DNA of 64,000 bases from Lama glama (lineage: Eukaryota): contig CM052816.1 of the NCBI GenBank assembly GCA_028534125.1, positions 32,118,001-32,182,000 on the forward strand. Direction: 5' to 3'. The first letter of the stretch is position 1. The number at the start of each line of letters is the position of its first letter. Both the position numbers and the translations under genes were made by a program. The notes below the pieces were generated by a model. The model was not told the DNA's origin, did not search any database, and worked only from the letters and a program-made list of their open reading frames with translations. This document shows positions 26,511-40,420 of this stretch, in pieces.

Positions 26511-29500
26511 CTCTGATATGGCATAAGACATACTTACGTATGACAAACTAAATTTGAAAGGGCTAGTGTGCAGAATAAGCTACTAATCTGAAATCGCCAA
26601 TTCTGCTAATCATCCATTGGTGAGATCTTGTCGAGCTAGTTCAGTTTCCTTTGTGCTTTACTTTCTTTCACAACAAAATGGGCATAGAATTTATGCCACC
26701 AGCTGCTCCCAGAAAACAAGATCCTCAAATGAACCTTGATAGAGCACTGCCAACATCACAAATGGCAAAAGTTTATAGAGTCAGTAAGGGCCTTACACTG
26801 AAGATCTTTGCAATGTAAATTTATACATACATGGAGCTTTTGATTTTAAAGCACTTTCATGTTGTCTTATTTGATCTGAATAAGACCACCGTGACATACA
26901 GTTTTTTATTTTACACACAGTGCTTTGTTTCTCAGGCCATAGTAAAAGACAGGCCCCTGAAAACTTCTCAGCTGTTGCGTAGAATTGGTCATTTCCTCCC
27001 TTCCTACTCTCATTCTTTCCAGTAAAGTCACTTGTAAAGAAGGCAATGGAGGCGCCTCAGTACTCCCTCTATCAGAACCCATTTTTTTTTAAAAGACTGA
27101 CATCTGTTCAGAGGACACTGTATTTCCTCTTTATTCTTCTCCCCAACTAAAATATAAATTCCCACTGACCCCACCCCAAGAGCAGCCACAGTTCCTCCAA
27201 AATTATCTCTGCTTCTCTTCCAGTCACATGTCTTCTAGCGTTCTGCAGTTAACTAATTGAGAAATCAAAACCAAAACTAACCAACTAAGAAACATTTAAA
27301 ATTTCTTATAAGACAAATAAGAAAACACCAGATCTCCTGACTATTAATCCAAAATTTTTTTAAACCACATAATGAACATTAACTCTCTTGGGACAGTGAC
27401 TATTCGGAAGTACAGATGACAGTTGAAATTTTCTCAACAAGAATAACTCTGACATTTAAAAAGGTATAAATTCAAAGAAATAATGAATGACTAAGGAAGT
27501 CCCTATTTTTGCATTCCCTCAACCACAATATTTTATAGTTGTCTGTACACGGTAGCTACTTCAAATTTTTTTCTTAAAATTAATTAAAATATTGTCTTTG
27601 GAGATCCTAAATACCAAACCTGCTAGAGAAAAACCTCTTTAACGCAGATCTCATTAATTCAGAGTCTCTGCTCTTTCAATCAAGAATTGAAGTAAATTGT
27701 TTACCTTTATACTATTAATAAGAAATGTGACATGATAAATGATGAGTAATGTTGAGCTAAATTATGGATGGATACTTACAAACTTTGAAAAAGAGTTTTT
27801 AGTTTTATCATTTACTTATCGATTATATAATGTAACCATGATAGCACTTATTGAGTGCTGATAGGGGATTATGCTAACTGCTTTATATTATCTTATTAAA
27901 TCCTTACAACAAATCTATGAGGCTATTACCTTAATCTGGTTTTTAGAGATGCGAAAACAGAATCTCAGAGAGAAACCACTAGTGGGTATCTACAGAGGTT
28001 GGATCCTAGCCCCAAATATTAGTCTCTTAACCAACTATACTCTTCCTCCTCCTAACAGATGAGCACTCTTTGCAAGAGTGCATTGATGTGGTAACTTTAA
28101 ATTATTTTTATACATACCTTAAAGTACAGCATTTTGGCAAGGAATATTTTGATAACAAATTTTGATTACTCTGTAAATTTTAGTATTTGTATAATGCTTG
28201 AAGTAAACATGTTCCTTCTGATGTCTTACGTCTTCTGATGAGTTGCTGAGACTTTCTTAGACTTCACTACTTCATTTATTATCAGATTGTGTTCACGTGC
28301 CTTATTTTATACCTGCAGCCCTCACTCACATTTCTTATACATTCTAATTCAACATTTGCTACCAGCTCAATTTTCAAGAGCCATATTAAATGTTCTGGAT
28401 ATCAAAGTTACATTTGTTGGAAAACAAATTTATTGGTCCCAATTTTTAAATAATGAAGATAAATTGCTGTTGAGAGGTAAGGGACTAATTATCCCGATAA
28501 ACCCAGAAATATTTAGTTTCCCACAAAAGCCTTATTCTAATATTTCATCTTTTCTGTAATGCTATTTCCCTGGTGGAAAGATCAGGTCAATGTGTTCCAC
28601 ATTTTTTTTTTTGGACAACTTTGTGTTTTGGATCAGAAATGTATGGCAGTGAACAGCTGTGAAGAAAATAGAAGGCAGTATGCTGGATAAATGCTGGCCA
28701 ATTCACACTGAAATGAATCCTCACTATTTTAGAACAACAACTGCACAAACTATATACTTCAGTCTTTGTTATAATTTAGTCCCACCCTTACAGGATACAC
28801 ATGAGAGACAGATGCCCTGATGGTACTTGTCTATGTCAACAATCTGGAGGCTAGAATCTACCCTGGCTATTTCAGCTCCATCAAGTTCAAAGACTATTTG
28901 TCATTTATGCCCAGAGACAAAAACAAGAGTCCTTCCCAGACAGCTGTGCCTAAGGGCCATACAAAAGTGAATGGGAATCCAAGGCATGTCTTCATGGAAA
29001 AAATTCCTAAACACGAAAACTAATCCAGCACTGCTCTCTCCTGCCTTGTCAGTTTGTCACCTTTCCCAAGCATGGAACAGCTCACTATAAGTGGACAACA
29101 TGTTCCCAGCTGCGGCTGACTCATATCATGACTGTGAATACAAATCAGCATCTTTCCAGTGTGGGAAAAATCTGAATTTAATCAATTCCCTATGTAGAAG
29201 GCACTTCCAATTTTTCTCATCCTCTCTGGAGAACAAGAAAGTCACCTAACTTGAGATGGGGTGACCAAAACGCATCCAGCTAAAATGTGAAATAAAGGAC
29301 AAAGATTGTTGGTGAATTTCTTACTAGAATGTTCAAAGAGGAAATACAGATGACAATAAAACCACAGCATCCAGGCAAGAAAACTGAAGCAATGGTAAAG
29401 TACATAAGGACAAATAAATGAAAAAGCAAACAAAAAAAATCTTGAAAACCCTCAACCAGCAATTTTCCATAGCAACCAACTCTAATCACAAATAACGCTG

Positions 29501-29719
29501 CTGGAAGACCAAGGCTATTGAAAGCATTTTCATTGTCCAACACAAATGTTCTCATGTTAAATGTGCTATCAGATAGGCTCCATGAATGGAGCATGTGGGC
29601 CACACTGCTGAATGAGACACTAAGATTCAAGGTAATTGCAGCTGTGTATCAACAGTGGGTCAAAACCTGCAGTCCAACACAAAGGCAGTCAAAATTAAAA
29701 ACCCTAGAAATTCTTTTTA

Positions 29720-30700
29720 ATCATAAAATATTTGAGACAAACAAAAAGGTCTAGGATACAGTGTAACGTGTACTCACGTACCTACCATTTGTGTACCCTC
29801 CATGAGCTTAAGAACTGAAACACTAAACTGCAGTTTAAGTTCCCTGTGTGCCCCTCCCTGCAGCACTATCCTTCCTCTCTGCCATAGGTCCTCACCATCC
29901 TAAATCTGGTATTTGTCTTTCCCATAAACGTCTTCATATTTTTACTATGTATATACATAGCTCAAAAAATATGTATTATTTGGCAAAACTTTAAATAAAT
30001 TGTATCATACTGTCTGCATCCTTCTTGCTTAAATATTGCGAGATTTATCCATGATGATATAGAGTGCTCCTGCTTATTCATTTATTCTGATACAGTATTT
30101 CACTGCACATGTATACAATTCAATTCATGTATCCATTCTTCTAGTGATAGACACTGAGGTTGTTTCTAATTTGCTCTATTGTCAACAATGCTGTTATGAA
30201 CATTCTTGTATATTTAACTTTGTGTATATGATTAAATATTTCTTCAGGGCAGGAGTCAGCAAACTATGCCTTTGGGTCAAATCTGGCCTGCCATTTGCTT
30301 TTGTAAATAAAATTTCTTTGGAACACAGCAATACTCATTTGTTTATATATTATCTATGGTTGCTTTCACACTATGTGGAAGAGTTGAGTAGCTGTGGCAG
30401 ACAATGTATGGCTTGTAAAGCTGAAAATATTTATTATCTGGCCTTTTACAGAAAAAGTTTGCCAATCCCTACTTCAGGATATAAACTTAGCAGTGACAGG
30501 TTGGATCGAAGACTACATAAGTACTCAATTTTACCAAATGTTGCCAAAGGCTTTCCAAAGTAATGTACCAATTTATACTCTCTTCAATCATGTAAAAACA
30601 TCCCCATTCTCATTGCTCCTCAACCTTACCAGCACCTGAAATCTCAAGAATTCTCAAACTGTGTCCATTTATTTTGTGGTTTCATTTCAAATATGCTGGA
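29720..30700 (-). mobile_element. Old L1 (L1ME-like) 3' region, interrupted by MER58A
   Basis: gagatttatccatgatgatatag...atccattcttctagtgatagacactgaggttgtttc...ctttccaaagtaatgtaccaatttatactc. Confidence 0.75.
30250..30471. mobile_element. MER58A hAT-Charlie MITE
   Basis: Termini caggagtcagcaaac / gtttgccaatccct; 8-bp TSD cttcaggg (30242-30249) / cttcagga (30472-30479). Confidence 0.9.
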
Positions 30701-32669
30701 TTAGTTATAATGGCTTATGTCTATATTAATGAGGTATACCATACATTTAAGGTAATAACTGAAGTGGTAGAGCAATGATATAACTCCATCCCAAGGTCAG
30801 GCTGATGCACAAAGTGCCAAAGGACATCTCCCTACTTGTTTCCACCTATAGCTCCTCCTTGCAAACACTACATCCCATTCTCTTTCCTGACACCTTGACA
30901 CCAGGCATGCTACCTCTAAGGATCTATCAGTCTGGATCATATGTATCAAGTTCTTAATTTGCTACCTGTTGAATACAACTTCCTACTCGTTCCATTCCCA
31001 GATAAACTGTACAATGAATCATAGTCCCAGAGGCTTTTCTTGAATTGTGAGGAGAGAAGTCCTACCATTTCAGCACTGGACACTTGGTCTCCACACTGCC
31101 ATCACTTAACGGCAGTTTCTACCACCTACACATAAGGCCAACAAGCTAGGCAGGAGTGAGAAACTGGTGAGAGAAGGAAGGATTCACTGGCTGTCTGTCC
31201 CGGTACCTCTGGATTATCTAGTTTTGATCACACTCTTGGAAAAATAAAAAATAAAAAGCTAACTTTCTTTTATCTTCCCAGAGCATGTGATACTGTTCTG
31301 GAACATAAGTGTTAATTTATAAAGAGTCTACATCATTACTATTTCATTCATTTAGTTGGCTGAGGTAAGGGAAATTCCCTTCCTGTATGAATATTTCTCT
31401 AACCAGGGTAGGTAATTGAGGCAAAGAGGTCGCAGGGGAAGGGCAAGAAGTAAAGGAGGAATTGTCTCTGTGGCAGTTATCGACACATACCCAGAGCACT
31501 GAAGTGCCAAGTTATGCCTTCATTTTGCAGTAAAGGCTGTTGATCTAGGTAAATTTAAAGAGGGGAAAAGGGAATAAAAGAGAAGAGGGAAAATTGATTG
31601 AGGGAAGGAAGAGAGGAAATCATGATGAAAGAAGAGAAAATCAGCACGAAGAGAAATTGAAGAAGAGAGCTATTAATAATAGATATGATGAGTAATGACT
31701 AGCATAATTCCAGACACACTGAAGTACAAGTTGGGCTATGATAATACAGGCACATGTGCTGATACTTAAGGACAGGAGGCAGGAACTTCCCATCATGGGG
31801 TGAGTGTTTCAGAGCAGCATAGCTCAAAGCCCTGTCATGCATGAAATTCCCAGACAGGCAACGCATAAGCAGGTGCTGGTATGCGAGGAGGCCACTCTGC
31901 AGCAGACATGACCATGGCCATGACACACTTTGGAAATGAGTCAACAAATTTCCTTTGGATACTCTGTGCATGGGTACAGATCATCTGAGTTCATTAGTTT
32001 TGTTCCCAAAGGTTTTTTCTTGCATTACTGGCAACCTTCTCCATTACTGCCTTTTTTTCTATCAGACTAGTTGTCTTCCAAAAATGTCTGGCTTTTAAGC
32101 TTTATCTGAGCTTGCTTTCATTCTCCAGGCATCATGTGTCCAACCAGTATTACTGAGGGCCAACTCAATAAATGAGTTTAGCTACTAGGAAAACCAAAAT
32201 TTAAAAAGACATGGTCCCTGCCCTCAAAAATTCCACAGACACTTAAGTCACATTACAGAGTGGAAAGGAGGATGCCATGAACCACATGCCCAGAGCAGGG
32301 AGAAATAAACTCTGTTTGGGGGAGTTGGGGGGAATATTTTTCAGAAAATTTGAGCTGGATTGTGAAGAATAATGGTGAAAGGGGAGAAGGATAGTCTGGG
32401 GAGAAGGACAGTCTATGTAGAAGGACCAACATATGCAAAGGCACAATGATGTGGAAACATATGGCAAGTTTGAGGGAAATATTTTTGAAATAACCACTCC
32501 TGGGGGTGGGAAGTCCCAGCCTCATGTCCTTGAAGTAAGAGCACAAGTATCCACAGAAGTATCAGCAAGTTTAAGATGGGTTAGGACCAGAGAGTGTGGT
32601 ATATGCCAGCTAAGGATTTGAGACATTACTCTTTTAGGGCCCCGCACATCTTATTAACGTGCATGTAAT

Positions 32670-32950
32670 TAAAGTGAATTGACATCTAACTTTTAGCCAG
32701 GCACATGATTAACTCTCTCGTGACATTTTGGCCTAGATGGAGAAATATGGGCTCTGTGATGTCACAATTGATATATCATGTGATTATCTTCAGATATCAG
32801 AAGAATTATCAGGTAGAAGATGGATTTTACACTTTATGCCCAGATCCAGACAAACAGCTGGAACTAATAAATGAAAGTTACAGGGAAACAGATTACTGCT
32901 CTGAGTCAGAAAAAAAAGAAATTTCTAAGCAGTGCCTAATTCATTATTAA
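32670..32950 (+). mobile_element. CR1/L3 LINE 3' fragment
   Basis: atcttcagatatcagaagaattatcaggtagaagatgg...gaaagttacagggaaacagatt...aatttctaa. Confidence 0.55.
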
Positions 32951-33653
32951 CAACATATTAGTGTGAAATAATTAATGGGGAAAGGATCCATTTCACTGTG
33001 CACATGAGCTTGGTTTGGCAGAAGTTGTCAATATTATCATAGCTTTAAGTGGTGATACATTTTGGTTTGATTTTCTCTCTGACCTCCCCAAACTGTCAAA
33101 GAATGGCATTTTTTTAAGAGTCGCAAATAGATGTATTTTAGTATCATGTAAATGACTTGTTCTAACAAATAACAACTCCTCTATACTTCAAAGTATCCAC
33201 TGTTAGGTTGGAGAAAATCATTTTCTCTTGAGCTCACAAATATATATTTAGAAAGTCAAAAGGGGGAAAAAAAAGAAGGATAAAAGAAGGTAGAGACCAA
33301 GAATGCAAAGTAAGAAATAATAAATATGTAAAATAGAAAGTGACAGGTTCCCTTCATGTTACAATGAGGACAGGGATGCCCAAGCAGTCAGATGTCTCCA
33401 GTGCTTGCACAGAGCTGGAAACTGGGTCCCCAGATCGACTGGGGCCCTGCCCTCAGACCATGCTCCACCTACCTTGGGCTAGCAGCAAAGAGAGGGCCAG
33501 AAGAGGATGGTAGATAACTTTCTGAAAAACGTATCTCGGTAAATATTGGCAACCAATATGAAAGACTGACTAAGTGTAAAATGTTGCAGATGATATAAAG
33601 ACTAACCTATGTCAGAAGCAGATTAATTTTTTTAAGAAGAAAACGAGGGAGTA

Positions 33654-34017
33654 TGTATATTAGTCTGCAAGGCTGCCATAACAAAACATCATAGACTAAC
33701 AAAGACTGAATGACAAACAATAGAAATGTCTTTCCTCACAATTCTGGAGTCTAGAAGTCTAAGATCAAGCTGCCAACAGGACAGCTTTCAGGTGACCCAG
33801 CACCTGTGTCCTCACATGGCCTATCCTCTGTGTGCACACATCCCTGTCTTTCTTCCTCTTCTTATAAAGATACCAGTTCTACCAAATTAGAGTCCCACCT
33901 TTATGGCCTCAGTTAACCTTAATTACCTCCTTAAGGGCCCCACCTCAAATACAGTCACATTAAGGGATTATAGCTTCAATCTATAAATTTTTCAGGGACA
34001 CAATTCAGTCCATAACA
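33654..34017 (-). mobile_element. MLT1A-like MaLR solo LTR
   Basis: tgtatattagtctgcaaggctgccataacaaa...ttctggagtctagaagtctaagatcaag...gggacacaattcagtccataaca. Confidence 0.9.
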
Positions 34018-35799
34018 GTATGTAACACACGTGGAGAGAGGTCCAGACAAAAGGCAGTAGTACCTGCATTACTGTTCCAAAGAATTTAGTCTAGTCTCTA
34101 CCTTGCATGCCCTGTGTCATCTTGATGACCTCTAACACCCTATTTTTGCCTTTCAGAACTTGTCAAAATAACTCTTTATCTATTGACTTTAAATCTATAC
34201 TCAGCTTTTCAGCTTTTGCCTTTGTAATTCTGAACTCTATTCACAGACCTGGTACCAGTCAGTTTCTAACACAAAGACCTGATCCCTTGAACTCTGTCTT
34301 GTTTGCCCCATTTGGCCCTTTCCTATACAGTGACTTGAGGGTGACTCTCTTCCTCCACCAGCCCCATTCACCTATGCCTGCTTTCAGACTCAGCCAGCAC
34401 AGCTTCCCAAAGGAGTATAAAGTATCTCTGACAAGTGCTCTTGCACCACTAAACTGGAAGGTCCTTGAGACAAGGACTATGTCTTGTTCATATTTGTGTA
34501 CTCCAGGCCCACAACAGTGCTTGAGCATGTAATAATTTTCTGAAAATTTTTTTTTAATAAACGACCAAGAACAAATCAGTTTTCAATGAAGATACATGAG
34601 GAAGAAGGCTAAATGAAATGGACAGTGAGTCTGGATTTTTTGTTTGCTCTAGAAAGGAAAATGTACCTCCACATGCATTGATATTTTCCTCTACAATCAC
34701 ACTTATGCTCTGCCTGCCTGACATACAGATGGAAAAGGGAAGAATAAGTAAAGGGTTTTGGTGAGAGTCATACTCCCAGCGCTTCCTTCCTTCACTCAAC
34801 CAGCACTTGTAAGCACTACCTACAATTAAAGAACTATCACAGTCTATGCCTGCAAAGAGCAACACCATTCTTATACTCCTTAAAGTCACAATCTGTTATG
34901 ATTAATAGACATAAACTAATAAAATAACATTTGAATATTTTATTTATATGCCACCTCACTCTACCAAAAAAACTGAGAAATTTTACAAAAATTTATATAC
35001 TGCAGAAATAGAAAATTAATAGTTGATAGAGTCAGAAAAAAGGAAAAATTTCACATAAATGCAGGCCATCCAGGACTCTGTAGCTATAGGTGCTAGAAGT
35101 AAGGAACAAACTGGCTCATAAAATACCTATGACTAATAGAGAGACAAAAAAAAAAAAACAACCAAAAACCCACATTCAATTACAAGAACTTTGTAAGAAT
35201 CACAACTTGTCCTTATGTAGAGACCTATAAGTAATGTCTTTCCGCATCTGTATGAGGGGAACACTGTGGAGGTTTTCAAGTCAAGATGACATATTAAGCA
35301 CATTCAAGGACTTAAGTTCTCACTTTCACACCAATAACTAAAATACTAAGTAAAATATATAAACCATACTTATTTTTATGTACATATCCTGCATGGAAGG
35401 AGTAATGAAAAATATTCAGGTGCCAGAAACATAGTGATTTTAAGCTGAGTTCTGGCAATTCACAGGAGGCCGATTCTGGGAGGAAACAGCCATAGAGACT
35501 GTGTTTCAACACCAATGTGAGGATGACAATTGGAGTTACAAATCTCATCCCTGTGGTGAAAAACTAAAGTTGGGCCTCCTGGGAGGGAACAGGACCTGGT
35601 AAGGAAATCATCCACCCAAGGCATGATTGGAAATAGTTTCCCATGTAATTCCAGGACCTTGGATCTGTATCACATGATTGTGGATGCCTGATCACATTAC
35701 TAAAGTCCAAAAAACCCAGAGCCAAAAAGACAAATGTAAGAATTTGCCCAGGGACAGTGACAGCCCCCGGGGAAAGCTGCAAAAGGAAACATCCACAAT

Positions 35800-38420
35800 C
35801 CAGGGTATGCATGAGGGAGCTCAGACAGAAGATAATGCCCCAGGAAAATGAACGCACAGAGAAGAATGACAAACACATAAGAACATCTGCATCAAGAAAA
35901 CAGACAACAGACGTAACTCAGAGCAAAGAAATAATAAGACAATGATAAATGGATTTTTAAATGAGTACATATAAAGTCTTCAAAAATATAAAGAAATTCT
36001 TTTTGTGAAACAAAAAGTTGTAAAACAGTACATTGATATTAAAAAGCTTAATAGGATAATTAAACATTAGATTAAAGCAATTAAAAAGAGAATTAATAAA
36101 TTTGAAGAGAAATCTTAGGACATTTTCCAGAATGAGAGGAAAATTGAGTCGAAAAACATTTTTTTAAATTAAGAGACATGAGAGCATGAAAAGATCCAAA
36201 GCACATCTAAGAAGCATTCCAGAAAAAGAAAGTAAAATTGAAGAGAGGTGATATTCAGAGAGATAATAGTTGAGAATTTTCAGAAGTGAAGAAAGATGTG
36301 TCATCATTTTTTAAATGTCAATTAAGTATACTGATATACAGTGTGGTGATATTGCAAAATATCAAAGAGAAACCTTCAATTTCCCAGATAGGACAAAAAG
36401 AGACTGCTCCCAATGAATAATACTGGGAGTAGGGGCAGCACACAAATTGAATATATGGGAAATGAAAAGGGATAACAGCACACATAATCACAATTTGACA
36501 AAATAATACATGGTACCTTTAGCAATTTAATACCAACAAATTTTAAAATTTGATAAAATGGGAAATTTTCTAGGAAATGTTGAACTATCAATATTGACCC
36601 AAAGAGATTTTTAAAATCTCAGTAGATCAATATATATTAAAGAAACTGAACAAGTCTTCTACTCCTTCTCACAAAGCCAGAACAATATGCCTTTGTCAAA
36701 TTTAAAGCACAGATAATCCCTATATTATCCAAATTCTTCCAGATGATGAAAAAAGAAAAAATGCTATCTAATCTATTTTATGACATTAATCTATCTATGC
36801 CAAACCAAAACAGAGTACAAGAAAAAAAATAAGCGTATCTCTACTTATAAACATGAATACAAAAAATTTAAATAAAACATTAGCTAAGCAAGTCTAACTT
36901 TGTATCTAAATATATATAGCTTTATGTAACAAAATACAATATAACCAAGTAGGCTTGGAAGTGTAGTCATCATTAGAAAACTTACCAAGTTAAATACAGT
37001 AGGGGAAAAATTGAGATTTAAAACTAATAAGATAATTCAGAAAAGTTGCTGGATTCAAAATTGATATTCAAACATTGATATTTATTTTTATATTTAATAA
37101 TGAATTGCAAGTTATGGTAGGAAAAAGAAACCATTCGAAACAGTAACAAAACCTCAAAATAGAACTAAGTCTAATCTAAAATACACAAGAGAATTTTAAG
37201 CTTGTTAAAATATACACAAACTTATTATACTGAAGCTGTCAAGGAGAATTAAGTTATTAGAAAAACAAACCATGTTCATGGATAAGATCCAGTGTTTTAA
37301 AAAATGTTCTTTCTCTCCCTGAATAATTTATAAATGAACGCAATCCCAAGCAAAAATCCCTATAAGAATTTGCAAAGAACTTGACAAACTGATTATAAGA
37401 TTCACTTTGGAAAGCTGTATGAATATTAAGAATTTTTTTTAAAGAACAATGTCAGGAGAGAAATTTGTGCTACACCTATCAAGACTTAAAAATAATCAAA
37501 GTCATGTTATTTTGAGAAGAGTACAGAAATAAAGTAATGGGACAGAATAGGTAGTTCCTATGGGATATCATGAATTGGAGCACTGTTCAAGGCACTTTGG
37601 GTATAGTTCGCTTTTTAGAAAGAAAAAAAATTATATTCCTACTTTATACAAGGAACAGATCAGATGGGTTAGGAAGCTAAATGTGGAAATTAAGACTGCA
37701 AACCTGTTTAAAAGACGAGTTTAAGGTGGGTAAGTTTTCTTAAGCAAGTTACAAAAAAAAGAAAAGGTACAAAGGAAAGATAAATGTATTTTACTAAGCA
37801 AAATACATACTGGCTGAACATCAAAATATATTCTTACTCCGTAAGTTCATTTACATAAATTCTAAAAGTAGGCAAAACTAGTCCATGGTGACTGAAATCA
37901 GAACAGTGGTTACCTCTGAGGAAGGGGTGCATGGGTAATAATTGGAGAGGTTTATAAGGGGGGCCTCGGAGTGCTTGTGAAGTTCCTTCTTCCATTCTGG
38001 GTGATGGTTACACTTTTTGAAAAGACATCAGACTGTACATACATTTGCATTTTCTGTATGTATATTAGCCAAATTTTAAATTTTAAGTAAACACATATCT
38101 AAACATGAATAAAATGCAAACACAGTGTTGGAGAGTATTTGGATTAGATATAAAAGAAACTGAGTATTTAGAATATATATTTTTATAAAAACAAAATCAA
38201 ATTCAAATAACCATTTTTTACTTACAGTATTGACAAGAATTTTTAAGACCTCAAATGTCAAGAATTAACAAAGAATTGGCAAAAAATGTGTTCTCATATG
38301 AAACTAGTGAAAAATAAACTAGCTTGAACATATTGAAGAGTAATTTATCACCATTCCTATTAAAATTGTAAGTGCATATGCTTTACAACTCAGTAATTCC
38401 ACTTGTGCATATACACCATA
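35800..38420 (+). mobile_element. Long degraded old L1 (L1ME/L1M5-like): ORF1, ORF2 and 3' UTR remnants
   Basis: Very A-rich + strand. ORF1-like gagaattaataaatttgaagag...gttgagaattttcagaa; ORF2-like aaagttgctggattcaaaatt, catgttcatggataaga, gaacttgacaaactgatt; 3' UTR aaagtaggcaaaactagtccatggtg. Confidence 0.75.
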
Positions 38421-39053
38421 GAGCAGTAATTTTTAAACTGTATGCTGTGACTCATGAGGGAGTTCTTGAATTAACCTCATGTATTATAACCAGTTTTTTT
38501 TTTCATGAAGCATAAAAACAATGAAATATTTGGAACAGAAGAAAACCAAAATGCTATACATGGACAGCTGCCAACCCAAGACATGCTCTTCACTGAACCA
38601 AATGAAAAAACAAAAGTCAAGTTTTCCATAAAACTTATTCTGTTAAGCTAATATTTTAAATTCCAAAATTGTCCTTACAACTCTTCTAGTACAAAAAAGC
38701 TCATTCTATTATAAATTATGGTGACTTGATGTTAACGGTGGCTGTGGTTTTTTAATGTTTGCATCTAGCAAAATCAAAAATTGGTGAACCTGTGTGTATC
38801 CCCAATTATTTTCTTCCTCAAATTGCACTGATCTCTGACATTCCAAAGTCTGGGAATCACTATTCTACTCCGTATCTCAGCAGTTTCAAGCATATCAAAG
38901 TCACCAACTGAACTTTTCATAGTATAACTACTGAACTAATCACTCACTCATTCTTTAATATGTTCATTGAGTGGATGTTGAAGGGTTTGAGGCATATAGG
39001 TCAGTTTGCTTGATTTAATTCCACAGTAAGTTCTTTTAAAAATGAGTGCCATT

Positions 39054-39633
39054 CCAATGTTCACAGCAGCACTATATACAATAACCAAGACATGGAACCA
39101 ACCTAAATGTCCATTAACAGATGACTGGATAAAGAAGTTGTGGTATATTTATATAATAAAATACTTCTCTGCCATAAAAAAGAATAAAATAATGCCATTT
39201 GCAGCAACATGGAGAGAACTAGAGATCATCATTCTAAGTGAAGTAAGCCAGAAAGAGAAAGAAAAATACCATATGATATCACTTATATGTAGAATCTGAA
39301 AAAAAAAAAAGTACACTATGAACTCATCTACAAAATGGAAACAGACTTGCAGACATAGTAGAGAAAATCTTATGGTTACCGGGGAAAGGGGGTGGGAGGG
39401 GATAAATTTGGGAGTTTGAGATTTACAAATGTTAGCCACTATACATAAAAATAGATTTTTTAAAAGTTTCTTTTGTATAGCACAGGGAACTATGTTCAAT
39501 ATCTTGCAATAATCTTTAATGGAAAAAATATGAAAACAAATATATGTATGTATATGCATGACTGGGACATTGTGCTGTATATCGGAGATTGACACACTGT
39601 AATTTACTGTACTTCAATTTAAAAAATAATTTT
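39054..39633 (+). mobile_element. Younger 5'-truncated L1 (ORF2 C-terminus + 3' UTR)
   Basis: Encodes PMFTAALYTITKTWNQPKCP...YHMISLICRI* (L1 ORF2p C-terminus). 16-bp TSD aaaaatg(a/g)gtgccatt at 39038-39053 and 39634-39649, at a TT/AAAA endonuclease site. Confidence 0.95.
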
Positions 39634-40234
39634 AAAAATGGGTGCCATTGTTCACAAAGGCATGACAATGGAGATAGATGGCTTATTGCAAATCCATCAT
39701 TGCTGTGAGAAACAGCCCAGGGGATGGGTCAAAAACTTCATCGTGATTTAAATACAACAGCACCTGAGTACAGGGCTAAGTGATCTGACTAGGCAAGAAT
39801 GTTGAAGATCAAAGAACAGTAAGGGCCTAGGGCCCACGTGAAGTAGCTTACGAGAGTGGCTGCAGCAAACAGGAAAGGAATGAGGTTGGATTCTGAGATG
39901 GAATTACTCACTCTTATTGTATCTAGATTTAAGTTTACAGTTTAGAAATCGGCATCTATATATTGTTCAAAAATTTAAATGTTTTGTAAGTTTTATATAA
40001 AAATATCAAGCAGTTAGGGATCTATAAAGCTTTAGAAGATGAAAAACTGATCATTTATGTAAAGACTATAAAATGATTTTAAAAATCAACTTATAGGCCA
40101 AAATAACCTCAAACATTAACAATTTTTAAAAAATGTATTGTCATGAAATGTTAAGAGTAAGTACTCACATGGTAAAACTCCTGGTATGGTCACAGTTCAG
40201 ACTTGTACTCATTGAGAAGTTGCTTTCCACTTTC

Positions 40235-40420
40235 AACAATGGTTTATGAGATCATCATGGTCTAGAGATCACTTATCTCAATCTTTCCCACTTTGCAGGT
40301 AAAGAAGCTGAGGCCCAAAGAGGTGACATAACTTTTTTTTACAGTCACACAGGTAATTAGTCCAAAACCAAGGCCCCAGAGCTCTCAGTCCAGTGCTCCC
40401 CCAGCTGCACCACTATACTT
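40235..40420 (-). mobile_element. MIR SINE
   Basis: cccactttgcaggtaaagaagctgaggcccaaagaggtgac...gtcacacaggtaattagt. Confidence 0.75.

Noticed and set aside
39042..39299. Protein-like ORFs at 39042, 49643, 50373 and 58734
   Set aside because: L1 ORF2p C-terminal fragments in 5'-truncated elements, not host genes.
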